Of a stretch of DNA of 59,107 nt, positions 13,571 to 26,400 are shown one piece after another. Position 1 is the stretch's first letter; every line of letters starts with the position of its first letter. The DNA comes from Nemertoderma westbladi (taxonomy: Eukaryota; Animalia; Xenacoelomorpha): assembly GCA_032718475.1 (NCBI GenBank), contig JAUCBJ010001236.1:1-59107 (forward strand). The letters are read 5' to 3'. Under the pieces are notes generated by a model. The model saw only the letters and a list, made by a program, of their open reading frames with translations. It was not told the origin of the DNA and did no database searches. The position numbers were made by a program, and so were the translations under genes.

Positions 13571-14210
13571 TATACGGGGGAGTTTAAATACACAATTATG
13601 CTGTAATAAATCCATCCGCTAATGATTGGTTGATTTAGGGGAGAGTTTAAATACACAATTATGGTGTATTAAATCCGCCCACTAATGATTGGTTGATTTA
13701 GGCTGTTAGGGGAGAGTTTAAATACACTATTATGCTGTAATAAACCCTCGCGCTAATGATTGCTTGATATACGGGGGAGTTTAAATACACAATTATGCTG
13801 TAATAAATCCGCCCGCTAATGATTGGCTGATTTAGGGGAGAGTTTAAATACACAATTATGCTGTAATAAATCCATCCGCTAATGATTGGTTGATTTAGGG
13901 GAGAGTTTAAATACACAATTATGCTGTAATAAATCCATCCGCTAATGATTGGTTGATTTAGGGGAGAGTTTAAATACACAATTATGCTGTAATAAACCCT
14001 CGCGCTAATGATTGGTTGATATACGGGGGAGTTTAAATACACAATTATGCTGTAATAAATCCGCCCGCTAATGATTGACTGATTTAGGGGAGAGTTTAAA
14101 TACACAATTATGGTGTATTAAATCCTCGCGCTAATGATTGGCTGGAATAGGAGGGAATTTAAATACACAAATTATGTGTTATTAAATCCTCGCGCTAGTG
14201 ATTGGCTGAA
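13571..14210. repeat. 63-bp tandem repeat (~10 copies), with one unit left of the insertion (~12040-12106) and inverted copies at ~14342-14500
   Basis: Unit ggggagagtttaaatacacaattatgctgtaataaatccatccgctaatgattggttgattta. Confidence 0.92.
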
Positions 14211-14639
14211 ATAATATCCACCCCAAGCGATTGGATAATTTATCGAAATATAATGAGAGGCCTATTTGAAAATGACATACTGTACAACAGTACCGCAATT
14301 GGTAGCCTATAATTTAGGAAATAGACGATTTTCAAAGGATTCCCCCCTATATCAGCCAATCATTTGCGGGCGGATTTATTACAGCATAATTGTGTATTTA
14401 AACTTTCCCCTAAATCAACCAATCATTAGTGGGCGGATATATTACAGCATAATTGTGTATTTAAACTCTCCCGTAAATCAATCCGAAATAAGTCCGCCAA
14501 TCATTGATGAAATATAACCAAACTTGGTACACATGTAGTCTGTGAAAAGTTTAGAAATTCTTTCCATTTTTCTGAAAATGTATCAATTACTGTACTTACC
14601 GATCTTCTTATCTGCTAAAAAACTAAATTTTTTGAAATT

Positions 14640-15430
14640 TCGTTGTAAAGTACGGGACTTTACATGCATAAAAAGATGCATAGATTGTTACATAGATTGT
14701 GCATGCAAAGATTAGTTAACTGAGGAATGATTCTTAGTTCAAATGCATACTTCTATGCTTCCCCCTACTATCACCCTAAAGAATTATAACACACCTGCCC
14801 TCCAGGTTTCATATATTCCATTAATACAGTGCACTAATGTAATCGCCATTATAATGGTCAAGTATGGGAAAATTTTCAATTGGCCGTCATGATGTTTCTG
14901 AGGGAGTAGATTATGAAACTACAGGTAATTGTTTCTTAAGATGACGCAACACAAACGTGCTTTGCATTCCACTGGGTGATTGAGCTGAGTTAGACTACTT
15001 CTCTGTGTATAAATTAAAAATTTCACTATTTTTTTGTAAAGCATAGGACTTTACATGCATAAACCCAAAGATTTCTTGACTGAGGAATGCTTCTCAGTTA
15101 AAATATAGACTCCTATTCTTACGGCCGACTATGACCTTAGAGTATTATAACACTCCTGGCTTCACATATTACATTCATACAGCGCACTAATATAATCGCC
15201 ATTATAATGGTAAAGTATGGGACAATTTTCAATTTGCCGCCATGATATTTCTGAGGGAGTGAAGATGAAACTAATTGTTTTATACGATGACGCAACACAA
15301 ACGTGCTTTGCATTCCACTGGGTGATTAGGATGAGTTACATCTCTGTGAATAAACTAAAAATTTCACTATTTTAGGTAAAGTATGGGACATCACATGATT
15401 AACTTTATCGATTTCATTACAGAGGAATGA
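14640..15430. repeat. Diverged ~350-390-bp direct duplication (2 copies plus partial)
   Basis: gtaaagtacgggactttacatgca-like starts at ~14645, ~15036, ~15377; shared gatgacgcaacacaaacgtgctttgcattccactgggtgatt. Confidence 0.8.
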
Positions 15431-15982
15431 AACACTTGTGAAATTAAATGAAACCAAAAAAATTCGAAAAAGGGTTTGTTTTTGATTTGGTACATGCTCA
15501 GAAATGTTAATTTATTGGTCATAGGAAGTGCCTACAGGAAACGAAAGTTTTGCACACTTTTATTGTAGTAATTATTGTATTGTATCCTATTCAGTATTTA
15601 TTAATTATACCAGTGAGTTCAGTAACCATCACCATAGTAGGCCTACAAACAGCTGTAATAATACTAATTTTTTTTTGTGTAAAAAGATACGATTAGGATT
15701 AGATATGGAAACAAACCATATCTTAGGATTGAAGAGCCTCTTTAAATTAAAAATATTATACATACCTACAGTGATATATGAATAGCCAATACCGCCCCGA
15801 CTGACAGATAAAGGTAAAATAATACAGTAAGATAAATATTTATAGGCCTACACACAGTTAAATTATTATCAAATTATTATCCTAAGCCTAACAATAATAA
15901 AATCACCAAATCAAGATAAAATTAATTAAAGTTAGTATTGTTCTGATAGGATAATAATATTAAATAGATGTACAATGTTTAC

Positions 15983-17558
15983 TACTACTACTAGGTCGAG
16001 CGAACTCGGACAGTGGAAATGAGATCCTTCCAGGCTTCCCGATTCTCCATAGTTGTCGCAATTTCGTTTCTCCTAAGTTCAGTATCCCTTTCAAGTTGAT
16101 CTATATATGTTATGGCCGGTCGTCCACGACTACGCTTTCCATGAGTTGGTTGCCAGAAAAGTAGATCTGGTATGACCTCGTCTTTACTTCGCCAGCAGTG
16201 CCCACTGAATCTTAATCTGCGTTCACGGAGGGTGGTTGATACAGGTGGTATTGTACCATAAAGCTCGGCGTTTGTCATGTGTTGTCTCCAGCTGATGTTT
16301 AGGGCTGCCCTTAGTAGTCTTGTGTAGCAACCATCAATTCGTTGTTCAAGTGATTTGGTCAGTGTCCGTCCAGGTCTCACCCCCATATAAAAATACACTT
16401 TCCACTGTGGCTCGAAAGAACTTAGTCTTCAGGTGCCTGGAGAGATCCGATTTCCAGATGGTATCCATTTTTGATAGAGCTACCCAAGCCTTTGCTTTCC
16501 TAACTTCTATGTCCTTTTTGCTACTCTCTATCCATGATCCAAGGTACTGGAAGTCATCGACCTTCCTTAGTTGATTATTATCAATGGTTGTCAAGTTTCC
16601 ATCAACATTAAAGGTCATGAATTCGGTCTTTGCAGCATTTATATGCAATCCAACCTCCTTAGCAGCCCTCTCCACCTTATTTAGTAGAAGCTGTGCATCT
16701 GCTAGGGTATTAGAGAGCAGGGCGATGTCATCCGCAAAGTCGGTGTTTGTGACTGTAGTTGACGGATATCTACTACTTCTGCGTTCTTGAAGTGTGAATC
16801 CCAGGTCTTCACCCTTTGTGGCCGTCCTCATTGCGTAATCCAGCACAATTATAAATAGTAATGGTGCCACCTTGCAGTATGCCAGCCAGGATTGAGAAAA
16901 ACTCAGTTTCACCATCTGGTGAGAGTACCTGCGCTTCTGTGTCACAATATAACAATCCAATGCCAGCAACAATTACTTCTGATATTCCATAAGCTCTTAG
17001 GATTTCAAGCATTTTACCTCTATGGATGGAGTCGAATGCCTTCTTGAAGTCCACAAAAGTTATGACAGCGGGGAGATTCTCTGACTTAATTCCTTCAATC
17101 AGTCTCCGTAGTGCAAGTATCTGAGCTATTGTTGATCTACTTGGTCGAAATCCGTTTTGGCTCTTACGCAGTAGTTTCTCTATGTGAGGCCTAATCCTAT
17201 ATAGAATCATTTTATTGTATATTTTGGCAGCTACCACAAGCAGACAGATCCCACAATAGTTTGTTGGTATGCCGAGGTCTCCTTTCTTGGGGAGAGGCTT
17301 TAGTTGACCTTTAGTCCAAATTGGTGGTGGCTTTTCTCCTTTTAACATCCGGTTGCAAACATTCAATAATGGTCTGTTTAGCACTCCGGTTTTCCATACT
17401 TCCGCTGGGATTTCATCTAATCCACTCGCTTTATTATTGGACATGCTTTTAATGCTTCTTTGGAGTTCGGCAGGTGTGAAGTCCCCTGTTTCTATAGGTA
17501 GTGTCTTGTCATATATTTTCCTTGTAGGGCTGACCTCGATGTTTGGTGGCTGCCCAAG
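15983..17558 (-). mobile_element. 5'-truncated, frameshifted RTE-like LINE (reverse transcriptase)
   Basis: RT motifs QNGFR, FVDFKKAFDS, GILQG, DFADD; (TAG)n tail; 10-bp TSD caatgtttac at 15973-15982 and 17559-17568. Confidence 0.92.
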
Positions 17559-17754
17559 CAATGTTTACAGGTTGAGTTAATGGTATACTGTACTTCCTAA
17601 TTTTCACTTACTTACAATTATTATTACTGTAATTACAGATTTTAAGTAATTTTTATACATTATTTCTGTTTTAGTTCCGGATCAGCTTTCATTGTACAAT
17701 TTCGAACATTAGTTACACCATGGCCCGTAATATAGTGTCATTTTCTGATGACAC

Positions 17755-18573
17755 GGACCCCCCCCCCCCCCCCCCCCCCACCCCAAATTTTTCTACAAAT
17801 CTTTATCATATTGCTTGAAATTTGAAACACAACTAGTTCAACTCACAGTCATTGGCCCCACGAAGACGGAATTTTCGATTTTTGCCTTTAATTCTTTTTA
17901 TAAGCGTTTTAAAAAAGTTTCTTTTTCGAAATCGTACCCTCCGTATCGTGGCCATTCTTCACTTTAGTCGTATTTTTTTCACATTAATAGAACGCTTGCG
18001 TTGCAAGGATTCCAAATATGTAACAATATCTGAATTTCGTTGAGAAACAGCCGAGATATACTGTAGGCGCTCAAAGATTGCAAGAAGTATCGTTCGCTGT
18101 AGGCCATTTATTCTATTTAATAAATACACGATGTTCTGGAACATTTTGTTTAAGTATGAATAGCTACGATTTACATATAACGGATAGACCAACTCATAAA
18201 ATAAATAACACATTCTATAATTTTGTTCATTTATTAAATAGAAAAATGGCCTTCAGCGAACAATTCTTCTTGCAATCTTTGGACACCTATATCTCGGCTG
18301 TTTCTGAACGAAATTCAGATATTTTTACATATTTCGAATCCTTGCAACGCAAGCTTTGCGAAGAATGGCCACGATACGGAGGGTGCGATTTCGCAAAAGA
18401 CACTTTTCAAAAACGCTTATAAAAAAAATTTTTTTAAGGCAAAATCGAAAATTCCGGCTTCATGGGGTTATCGGCGGTGAGTGTTTCTAGTTGTGTTTCG
18501 AATTTCAAGCAATACTGAATGATAAAGATTGTAGAAAAATCTCGGGGGGGGGGGGGGGGGGGGGGGGGGGTCC
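17755..18573. mobile_element. Palindromic MITE with poly-C/poly-G-tipped TIRs
   Basis: ggaccccc...aaatttttctacaaatctttatcatattgcttgaaatttgaaacacaactag mirrored at the right end; arms ~390 bp. Confidence 0.85.
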
Positions 18574-19104
18574 AGCATAAAGTCAACAGTAAAACCTCAA
18601 ATCACCTCAATAGCAGCGACAAGCGGGGGGAGGGGGGGGGGGGGGGGGGGGGGGGGATTTAATAAAATCTCACTACACTACACATGCACACGACTGCTCT
18701 AAGTTGTAGGTATTATTGCTCTTACAGTTTACATTCGATCCTGCAATCAGCTGATCAGTGAGGTTGGTTAGTTTTTGTGTTCCTTCTATCAGTCCTACAG
18801 TCTGTCCGTCTGTCCGTCCTTAGTTTCGGTTCGTGTTCTGTTCTTACTGGCGAGGCGGGTGTGCATTGCGTTAGTGCATTAGTGTCTACTAGTCTATGCA
18901 ACACCCTATCACTGTCAGCAGTACCGGTACTGTCATACCGCCATCATCTGATCATCACTGCATCAATTGTCAAGTTTGCTGTTTGCTAGCATCTAGCATC
19001 TGCCCGTAACCCGGTGCCGTACACAGTGACAACCAAACGTGTAATCTGTAATCTGGTCTGGTTAATACTGTAATAGGCCTAAATAATACCATAATACAGT
19101 AATA

Positions 19105-20053
<949 letters not shown>

Positions 20054-20708
20054 TATCTCTAAAAACTGTCGTACATTGTTTGTAACTTATGTATAACACA
20101 GACTGACACATTTATCTTTTAGTATAAAATATTTTATTATAATCGTTATTATCTTTAATTATTTATTTTCTTAAACCAGGGGATATCTAAAGACAAGCAT
20201 GGTCCCTATGGCTTAGTATTATGTGTATACTCGAAAATAAATATAAATGATAGGAATTTATAAAAGTTCCCATTTTCAAAGCTACTTATGACTTCGAGTG
20301 AGAGGAGCAGGTTAGTTACATTGTCACGTTGTGATAACCAAAACAATAAGCTGAAGTCAAGAGCACAGGTTACAATTACGTTTTTGGGATTAATTAGCTG
20401 TTATTTGCGTCGATTTTCCCCTTTATCTATCTACAGTGGCGCCGGAAAATATTGGAAAGGGCGGGGGCACCATTAAATAAAGGGGCTTTGGGATGGCCAA
20501 CTTTCCATTGCAACAAACAATTCAATATAAGATTGATAAATAACTGTAGTACGACTGGTGCAATATCGCTGGAGACACTTTTTTCAAACACACAGCTAAA
20601 AAATTTGTTCACATGTTTGCGAAGTCCTCTGAATGCCTATACTTATGCGTTAACAATCGACTCACACAACTACACCATATCCTGGAATATAATGTCGTTA
20701 TTTAGGTA

Positions 20709-21120
20709 CCTGCCCCCCCCCCCCCCCCCCCAAAAAAAAATGTTTCTATAAATCTTAATGAGAATGCATGAAATTTGAAACAGAGATAGTTTCACCTCCC
20801 GACCACTGACTGGGTGAGCCAGAATTTTTATTTTCGCTTTCATTCTTTAGCTACAAGCGCTTGAAAAAGGTGTCTCTGTCGATATTGCACCAGTTACACA
20901 GCAGTTATTCTTCAAACATTTCGTGATTTTAGTGACTTAGTTGGTACTAGTGGAAAGCTGACCGCGCAAGGATTCCAAATATGTAAAAATATGTGAATTT
21001 GGTTGGGAAATAGCTGAGATATGGGCTTTCGAATTTTGCATGTATTAGCTCCCACTGCAGGCCATTTATTCTTTAATAAATACACAATGTTCTAGAACAT
21101 TTTGATTATGTATGAATATC
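20709..21120 (+). mobile_element. Half copy of the 17755-18573 MITE family
   Basis: poly-C, then ttctataaatct...gaaatttgaaaca...gcaaggattccaaatatgtaa...aggccatttattc...aataaatacac shared with the left arm of that MITE. Confidence 0.7.
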
Positions 21121-21151
21121 CATATAATAGTATTATCATGTAGGCATTTAT

Positions 21152-22176
21152 TTGCCAATAATGGACATTTCAAAGGCATTCGATGAGGTTCAGCGGGGGA
21201 TAATGTTCAACGGACTATGTCGTGTAATAAATCCACACATATGTTGTCGTGTACTCATCCACTATTACTCCATTAGTATGATATTTATGAGATCTGGAAC
21301 AGTAACTGACACAGAGGGCTTCCCAGCAAAGATTGGAGTCAAACAGGGTTCTCTCTTGGGACCTTCTCTATTTAACTTTTACATAAAACATATCCACCAT
21401 AACTACAATGATGAAGATTACTACGCCTTGCTTACCTCATATACCCGAACCACTGCTGGTCCTTCTCATATGCGGATGATATATTTCTACTAAGCACATC
21501 ACAGTTTAACATCGAATTAAAATAGACTCGATAATTCTAAAATTAGAGAAGGTGGGCTTACAGATCGATATTAACAAGACAGCTTGGATTTTCCTTAGTG
21601 GTAGAGGATCAGCTGAGCCACCCCCTCTTTTTTTGCACATAAGTGATCACCTGATCCCCCAAACGACACACCTCACTTTCATCGGGTACAAAATCCCTCG
21701 AGATAACTTGTTGATTCATTAGCGGAGTGCTTCATCTCTCTGGTATGGACAATCAAGCGTATCCCCATCGAAACACTATCAACACTTTGGAAAACTTACT
21801 CTTTGCCAATTTTTCGCTATAGTTTTCCGTTTTACATAGGAGCTCTAAACTCTCTACAGCGGGACCAGTGAGGTATAGAAATGCACTACGAAAACTTCTC
21901 CATATTAATGGAACATTAATTTCGTCGAACATTTTATATGGGTTATTTGGAATCAATCAATTAATTCGAGAAATATACCAATCAGCTATTCTAACTGTCC
22001 AGCGATTGATCAGAGCCCCTAACACACTATTGCAATCAATAACACGGACAATTGGCACCCTAAACAACCAGCAACACTATTTGGGTCTTTGTTCAACTAT
22101 AAGGAAATGCGCGAAAAAATATGCAGTCCCACAGCTCTCGTCACTATTACAATATGAATATCAAAAGAGTGTCCTG
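21152..22176 (+). mobile_element. Degraded LINE RT fragment ending at the Maverick left terminus
   Basis: MDISKAFD, GVKQGSLLGPSLF, frameshifted YADD; the downstream ORF runs into AGTAGT at 22177. Confidence 0.8.
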
Positions 22177-23229
22177 AGTAGTAATAGTATGCCACCCTCT
22201 GCGACAGTTTAGTCCAACTTCACACCTTGGGTGTTAAGTAGGTCATTAATTAATTAATCAATTAATTAATTGGTCGATTAAACAATTAATTAATTGTTTA
22301 ATCAATCGATTTGTATCAAATAATGTTGCCAAAGGCAATTTAATTTGATACAAATCAATCAGATAGGGGACGCGCGATTAATAAATTGTACTATAACAAA
22401 CGAAATATACAATACAATATACAATACATTTGTATTATTTTTGCCATACAATAGGTAAAGGTAGAATTAAATAAAAAGACACGAACGGGACCCAAAACAT
22501 AAATATACCCTTTCACGAAAATAAAGTGGCCCCAGTTTGGCCCCGAGTCATCCCTCAATAATCTGTGGCTGCTCGGGCTCTTATTAACCGTAGCATGACT
22601 AACCCAAACATCAATGCGTGAATGGGGACTGCGTGAATGGGGCCTGCGATAGAGCTTAAATTATTCAAACCTATAGCTTCCAAGAAATTAGAATAAACAT
22701 CTGCTCTTGCAATAGATTGCATTCTTTCGCATTGTATTGCGAAGCAGTCCACGCGCATATTAGCTCAACAACAAAGCCCTACCCAAACGCCATGTGTCAA
22801 ATTAATTCCCAACCATCTCTTTACTACAGTGGATACTGCAGTTTTTTTTGTTTGAAGTAATTTCAGAGATGCTCTAGCGTAACATTAATTAACATACCCA
22901 TTCATTCATTACACGCAATTTTCTCCAACGCACCCCCCCGCTTCTCAATTCATCCCATTTCCCTTCGTAACTAATGTTTTACATTTAATTAACCCAATGA
23001 AATGTGTTTATTATTCCCTCAATCCAATAGCGCGTCTCTCTCTCTCTCTCTTTTTATTTCTATTGGTTCCCACAAGCTTCACTTTTATTTTCATTGGTTA
23101 TCCTTTCCCTTATAAACCCCCATCCTTCGCTTCGAACTTTACTTACAAAAATGTTATTGACAATTTTACTTTTTATTTAAAGTTATAATACATTTATTGT
23201 TATACATAATATTATATTTTCTTCAAGAT
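22177..23229. repeat. Left terminal inverted repeat
   Basis: Reverse complement of 37033-38083 with scattered mismatches. Confidence 0.95.
23060..23130 (+). promoter_or_regulatory. Candidate inward-facing Pol II promoter within the TIR (mirrored at ~37140-37210 on minus)
   Basis: Two attggtt (reverse CCAAT) boxes followed by TATAAA at 23111, shortly before the inner TIR edge. Confidence 0.5.
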
Positions 23230-23292
23230 TGTTATACGTAATACATTTATTGTTATACATAATATATTGTTGCAAACATCATCAATCTGCAG

Positions 23293-23416
23293 GTAAGAAC
23301 AATAAATTTGTGTTTTTATGAATTCGTTTAGTTTTAACATTATTACCTCAAAATAAATATCAACCCCGCGAAACCTTCCCAAACTTATTATTATTATTTA
23401 GTTTTTTATTTTATAG
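23293..23416 (+). other. Candidate 5' UTR intron upstream of pPolB
   Basis: cag|GTAAGA donor; T-rich tract ending tttatAG five nt before the pPolB ATG. Confidence 0.6.
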
Positions 23417-23421
23417 CAAAC

Positions 23422-26400
23422 ATGCCTATGTCACCAAAATTCGTTGACTGTCCTGTCTGCAATAAGAACATGCGCAGTGATAGTCTCAACAAACATCTCG
23501 CAACTCATTTTAAACAATATTCATGCGATTGTTGTGGCACCTGGTCCTCCGATAAGAAAACCATGGTTAGCCATCTAGCGCTATGTACGCAAGGTGGGAC
23601 TGGGTTCAGATTTATCAACGAAGAAAACACTTGCAAGTGTGGTGAATCATTCACTTTATCAGCCTTTAAAGAACACGATTGCTATACGCGACTCTTCTCT
23701 CGGAAACGCAAACAATCTCAAACGCCCTTGTCACCACCACCACCACCTCCACCACCAAACATTCAATCTCCAAGGGTTGGCCCTTCTACTTCAAGACAAC
23801 AGACTGGAGGTTCGACCAACAACCCATTTTTACCATCCGTGAATAGCTCATCCCACAACCGCTTATTTACATATACAAACACGTTACTTACACCACAATT
23901 AGATGTAGAGTTAACACTTAGAGAAAATGAAAGTTATATTTGGGATAGAGTGAGTCAACATTTTAATAATGAATTTAATTTTATAAAAGTTTGGTTAACT
24001 ATTTCTATCTTAATGGAAAGGGAGACATCTGAGGATACTCAATTAGAAACCTTCTGTTTCAAATCAAACGCTTCAAATAATCAAATAACTTCTAATTCAG
24101 ATTTTGAAAACTGGTTTTCGCAAACTATCGAACGAATAGATGAATTAATAGCAGTCTTTGTTTGCATGGGCAGTGGTTGGAATATTGTTTCAATTAAAGA
24201 AATCAATTTACAAATTTCTACCTTCAACCGCAACCCATATTTAAAAGGACACGGTGGTGGTTATATTCCTAAAATTTTAGCAAAGAAGAAGTGCATTATT
24301 AACTTAGATTGTCCCATTGGAGAATGTTTTAAGTACGCAGTAGTCGCGGCCGCTTGTTATAAAAAAATTGAAAGAAATAAACAAAACATTAGTCGATTGT
24401 CAACATATACTCCATACATGACCATGTTTGATTTCAGTACAATGAGTTTCCCAGTAGATAGAGTAGTAGGCATCCCACGTTTTTTAGAAACCAACCCTTT
24501 GTACTGCATTAATTTATTATTTTGGAGTACTGATAACACATTGAGCATTCTATCACAACCAGATTCAGAACATTGCTTCCAAAAAACTGTTTTAAATTTA
24601 ATGTTTATAGAAGGTAATCAAAACAATCCAGGACATTACTGCGCAATTGTCAACTTAAATAGACTTATTAAAAAACAAGGACAAGGGACCAAATCAATTT
24701 GCGAGCGTTGTCTGAGAGCTTTTTATACTATTAACTCATTGCAAACTCACCGGGAACTATGTTACTCGAGCAAACGACAGTTGGAACAAATGCCTACACC
24801 TGATAAATTAAAAATTAAATTCAATCGATTAGATAAGACATTATCCCCTCCCTTTTGCATATATGCTGATATTGAAAGTGTTTTAGAACCTACATCAAAC
24901 CCTAAATTAGTTCAAAAGCACATTGCTAGCGCCGCCGCATTTTATACAGTACCAAATCGCGAGCTAATAAATCCCCCGCAAACATCATTACAAATGTTTA
25001 GAGACACTGGAACAAACCATGTTATAGACGATTTTCTCACTGCCCTCGAATCACATTGTAGGGAATTATACGAGTGGACTATTTCTGGTACAAACACCAA
25101 TGTTCCTAAACATTTGACTCGAGCACAACAACAAAATTTTGATAATGCTACAAACTGTTACACTTGTAACTGTTCTCTAACCCCCGATTCACACGGACTG
25201 AATCTAGCAGAAAATCTCAATACTAAAGTTTGTGACCACAACCATCTAACGGGAGCCTATCGTGGGGCGGCATGTGTTAGTTGCAACCGCAAACTTTCTC
25301 TTAAACGCAATAAATTTTATGTAGTGCTACACAACCTGAGGCATTACGATTCCCATTTAATATTAAAAGAAGGTCTGAAAAACAGTTCTAGAACTCATTG
25401 GAAGATAAACGTAATTCCAAAGAACACTGAGACTTATATCAGTATAGAAATATCATTTCCCATAGACAAAACCATGCAGACAGCAAATGCAAAAGAAAGT
25501 ATTGTCATCAATCTTCTAGACTCTCTGCAGTTCATGACAGCTAGTCTAGATAAGCTCAGTAGTTATCTTACCGCAAACAATTCTGATCTAACAAAAGCTA
25601 TCCCACACACTTTGAAACAAATGAAAAATCTTTATCCCAATATTAGCGATTCCACTATTAAAAATAAAGGTATATTTCCTTATAGCTATATACAATCCAT
25701 AACAAACTTATACGAAACTCAATTACCACCAATCGAGAGTTTCTATAACGATTTACAGCTTGAAGACTGTAGCGAGCATAACTATCAGCGTGCCCAAACT
25801 AGTTGGGTTGAGCTTCAATGTCAAAACATATTTGATTATATGATGGGGTACTTGGCTCTAGATGTCACACTTCTCGCGGATACTTTCCAACAGTTTAGGG
25901 AACTATGTTTCTCCAATTATGGGTTAGATCCTCTGCATTATTATACTTCACCGGGGTTAACGTACGATGCAGCATTGAAATTTACAAACAGTGAAATTGA
26001 ACTACTATCTGATGGAACTATTTACGCAGATTTTGAAAATAATATTCGTGGAGGGCTTGTATTTCTGAATACACACTTAGAGGAAGCTAATATACCTGGC
26101 AAACCAGAATACAACCCCTGTAAACCAGAAAAATACCTAATTCCTCTCGATGCGAATAACCTTTATGGTTCTGCTCTCTCTCAGAAGCTCCCCTGCAGTA
26201 ATATGAAAATCGTCGATACACCAATAGATCTGGCTACAGTTGATGCCACTGGGTCAGTGGGGTATTACTGTATCGTTGACCTCGAATACCCCCGAGAGAT
26301 CCACAACGAAACTGCCGACCTACCACTAGGAGCGGAAAAAATGTCCATTCCCAAGAGCTTCCTCAGTACATACATGCAAGACCTCTGGCAACATTATAAT

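Noticed and set aside
13355-14517. ORFs with YLNSPLNQPIISG repeats and Lys/Phe-rich ORFs
   Set aside because: Products of the 63-bp repeat and T-rich transposon ends
17852-18422. ORFs inside the palindromic MITE
   Set aside because: No transposase motifs; mirror-image ORFs arise from the inverted arms
22555-22758. 67-aa ORF present in both TIRs (also 37502-37705)
   Set aside because: Its duplication follows from the TIR itself; no recognisable motif; cannot be supported without other copies
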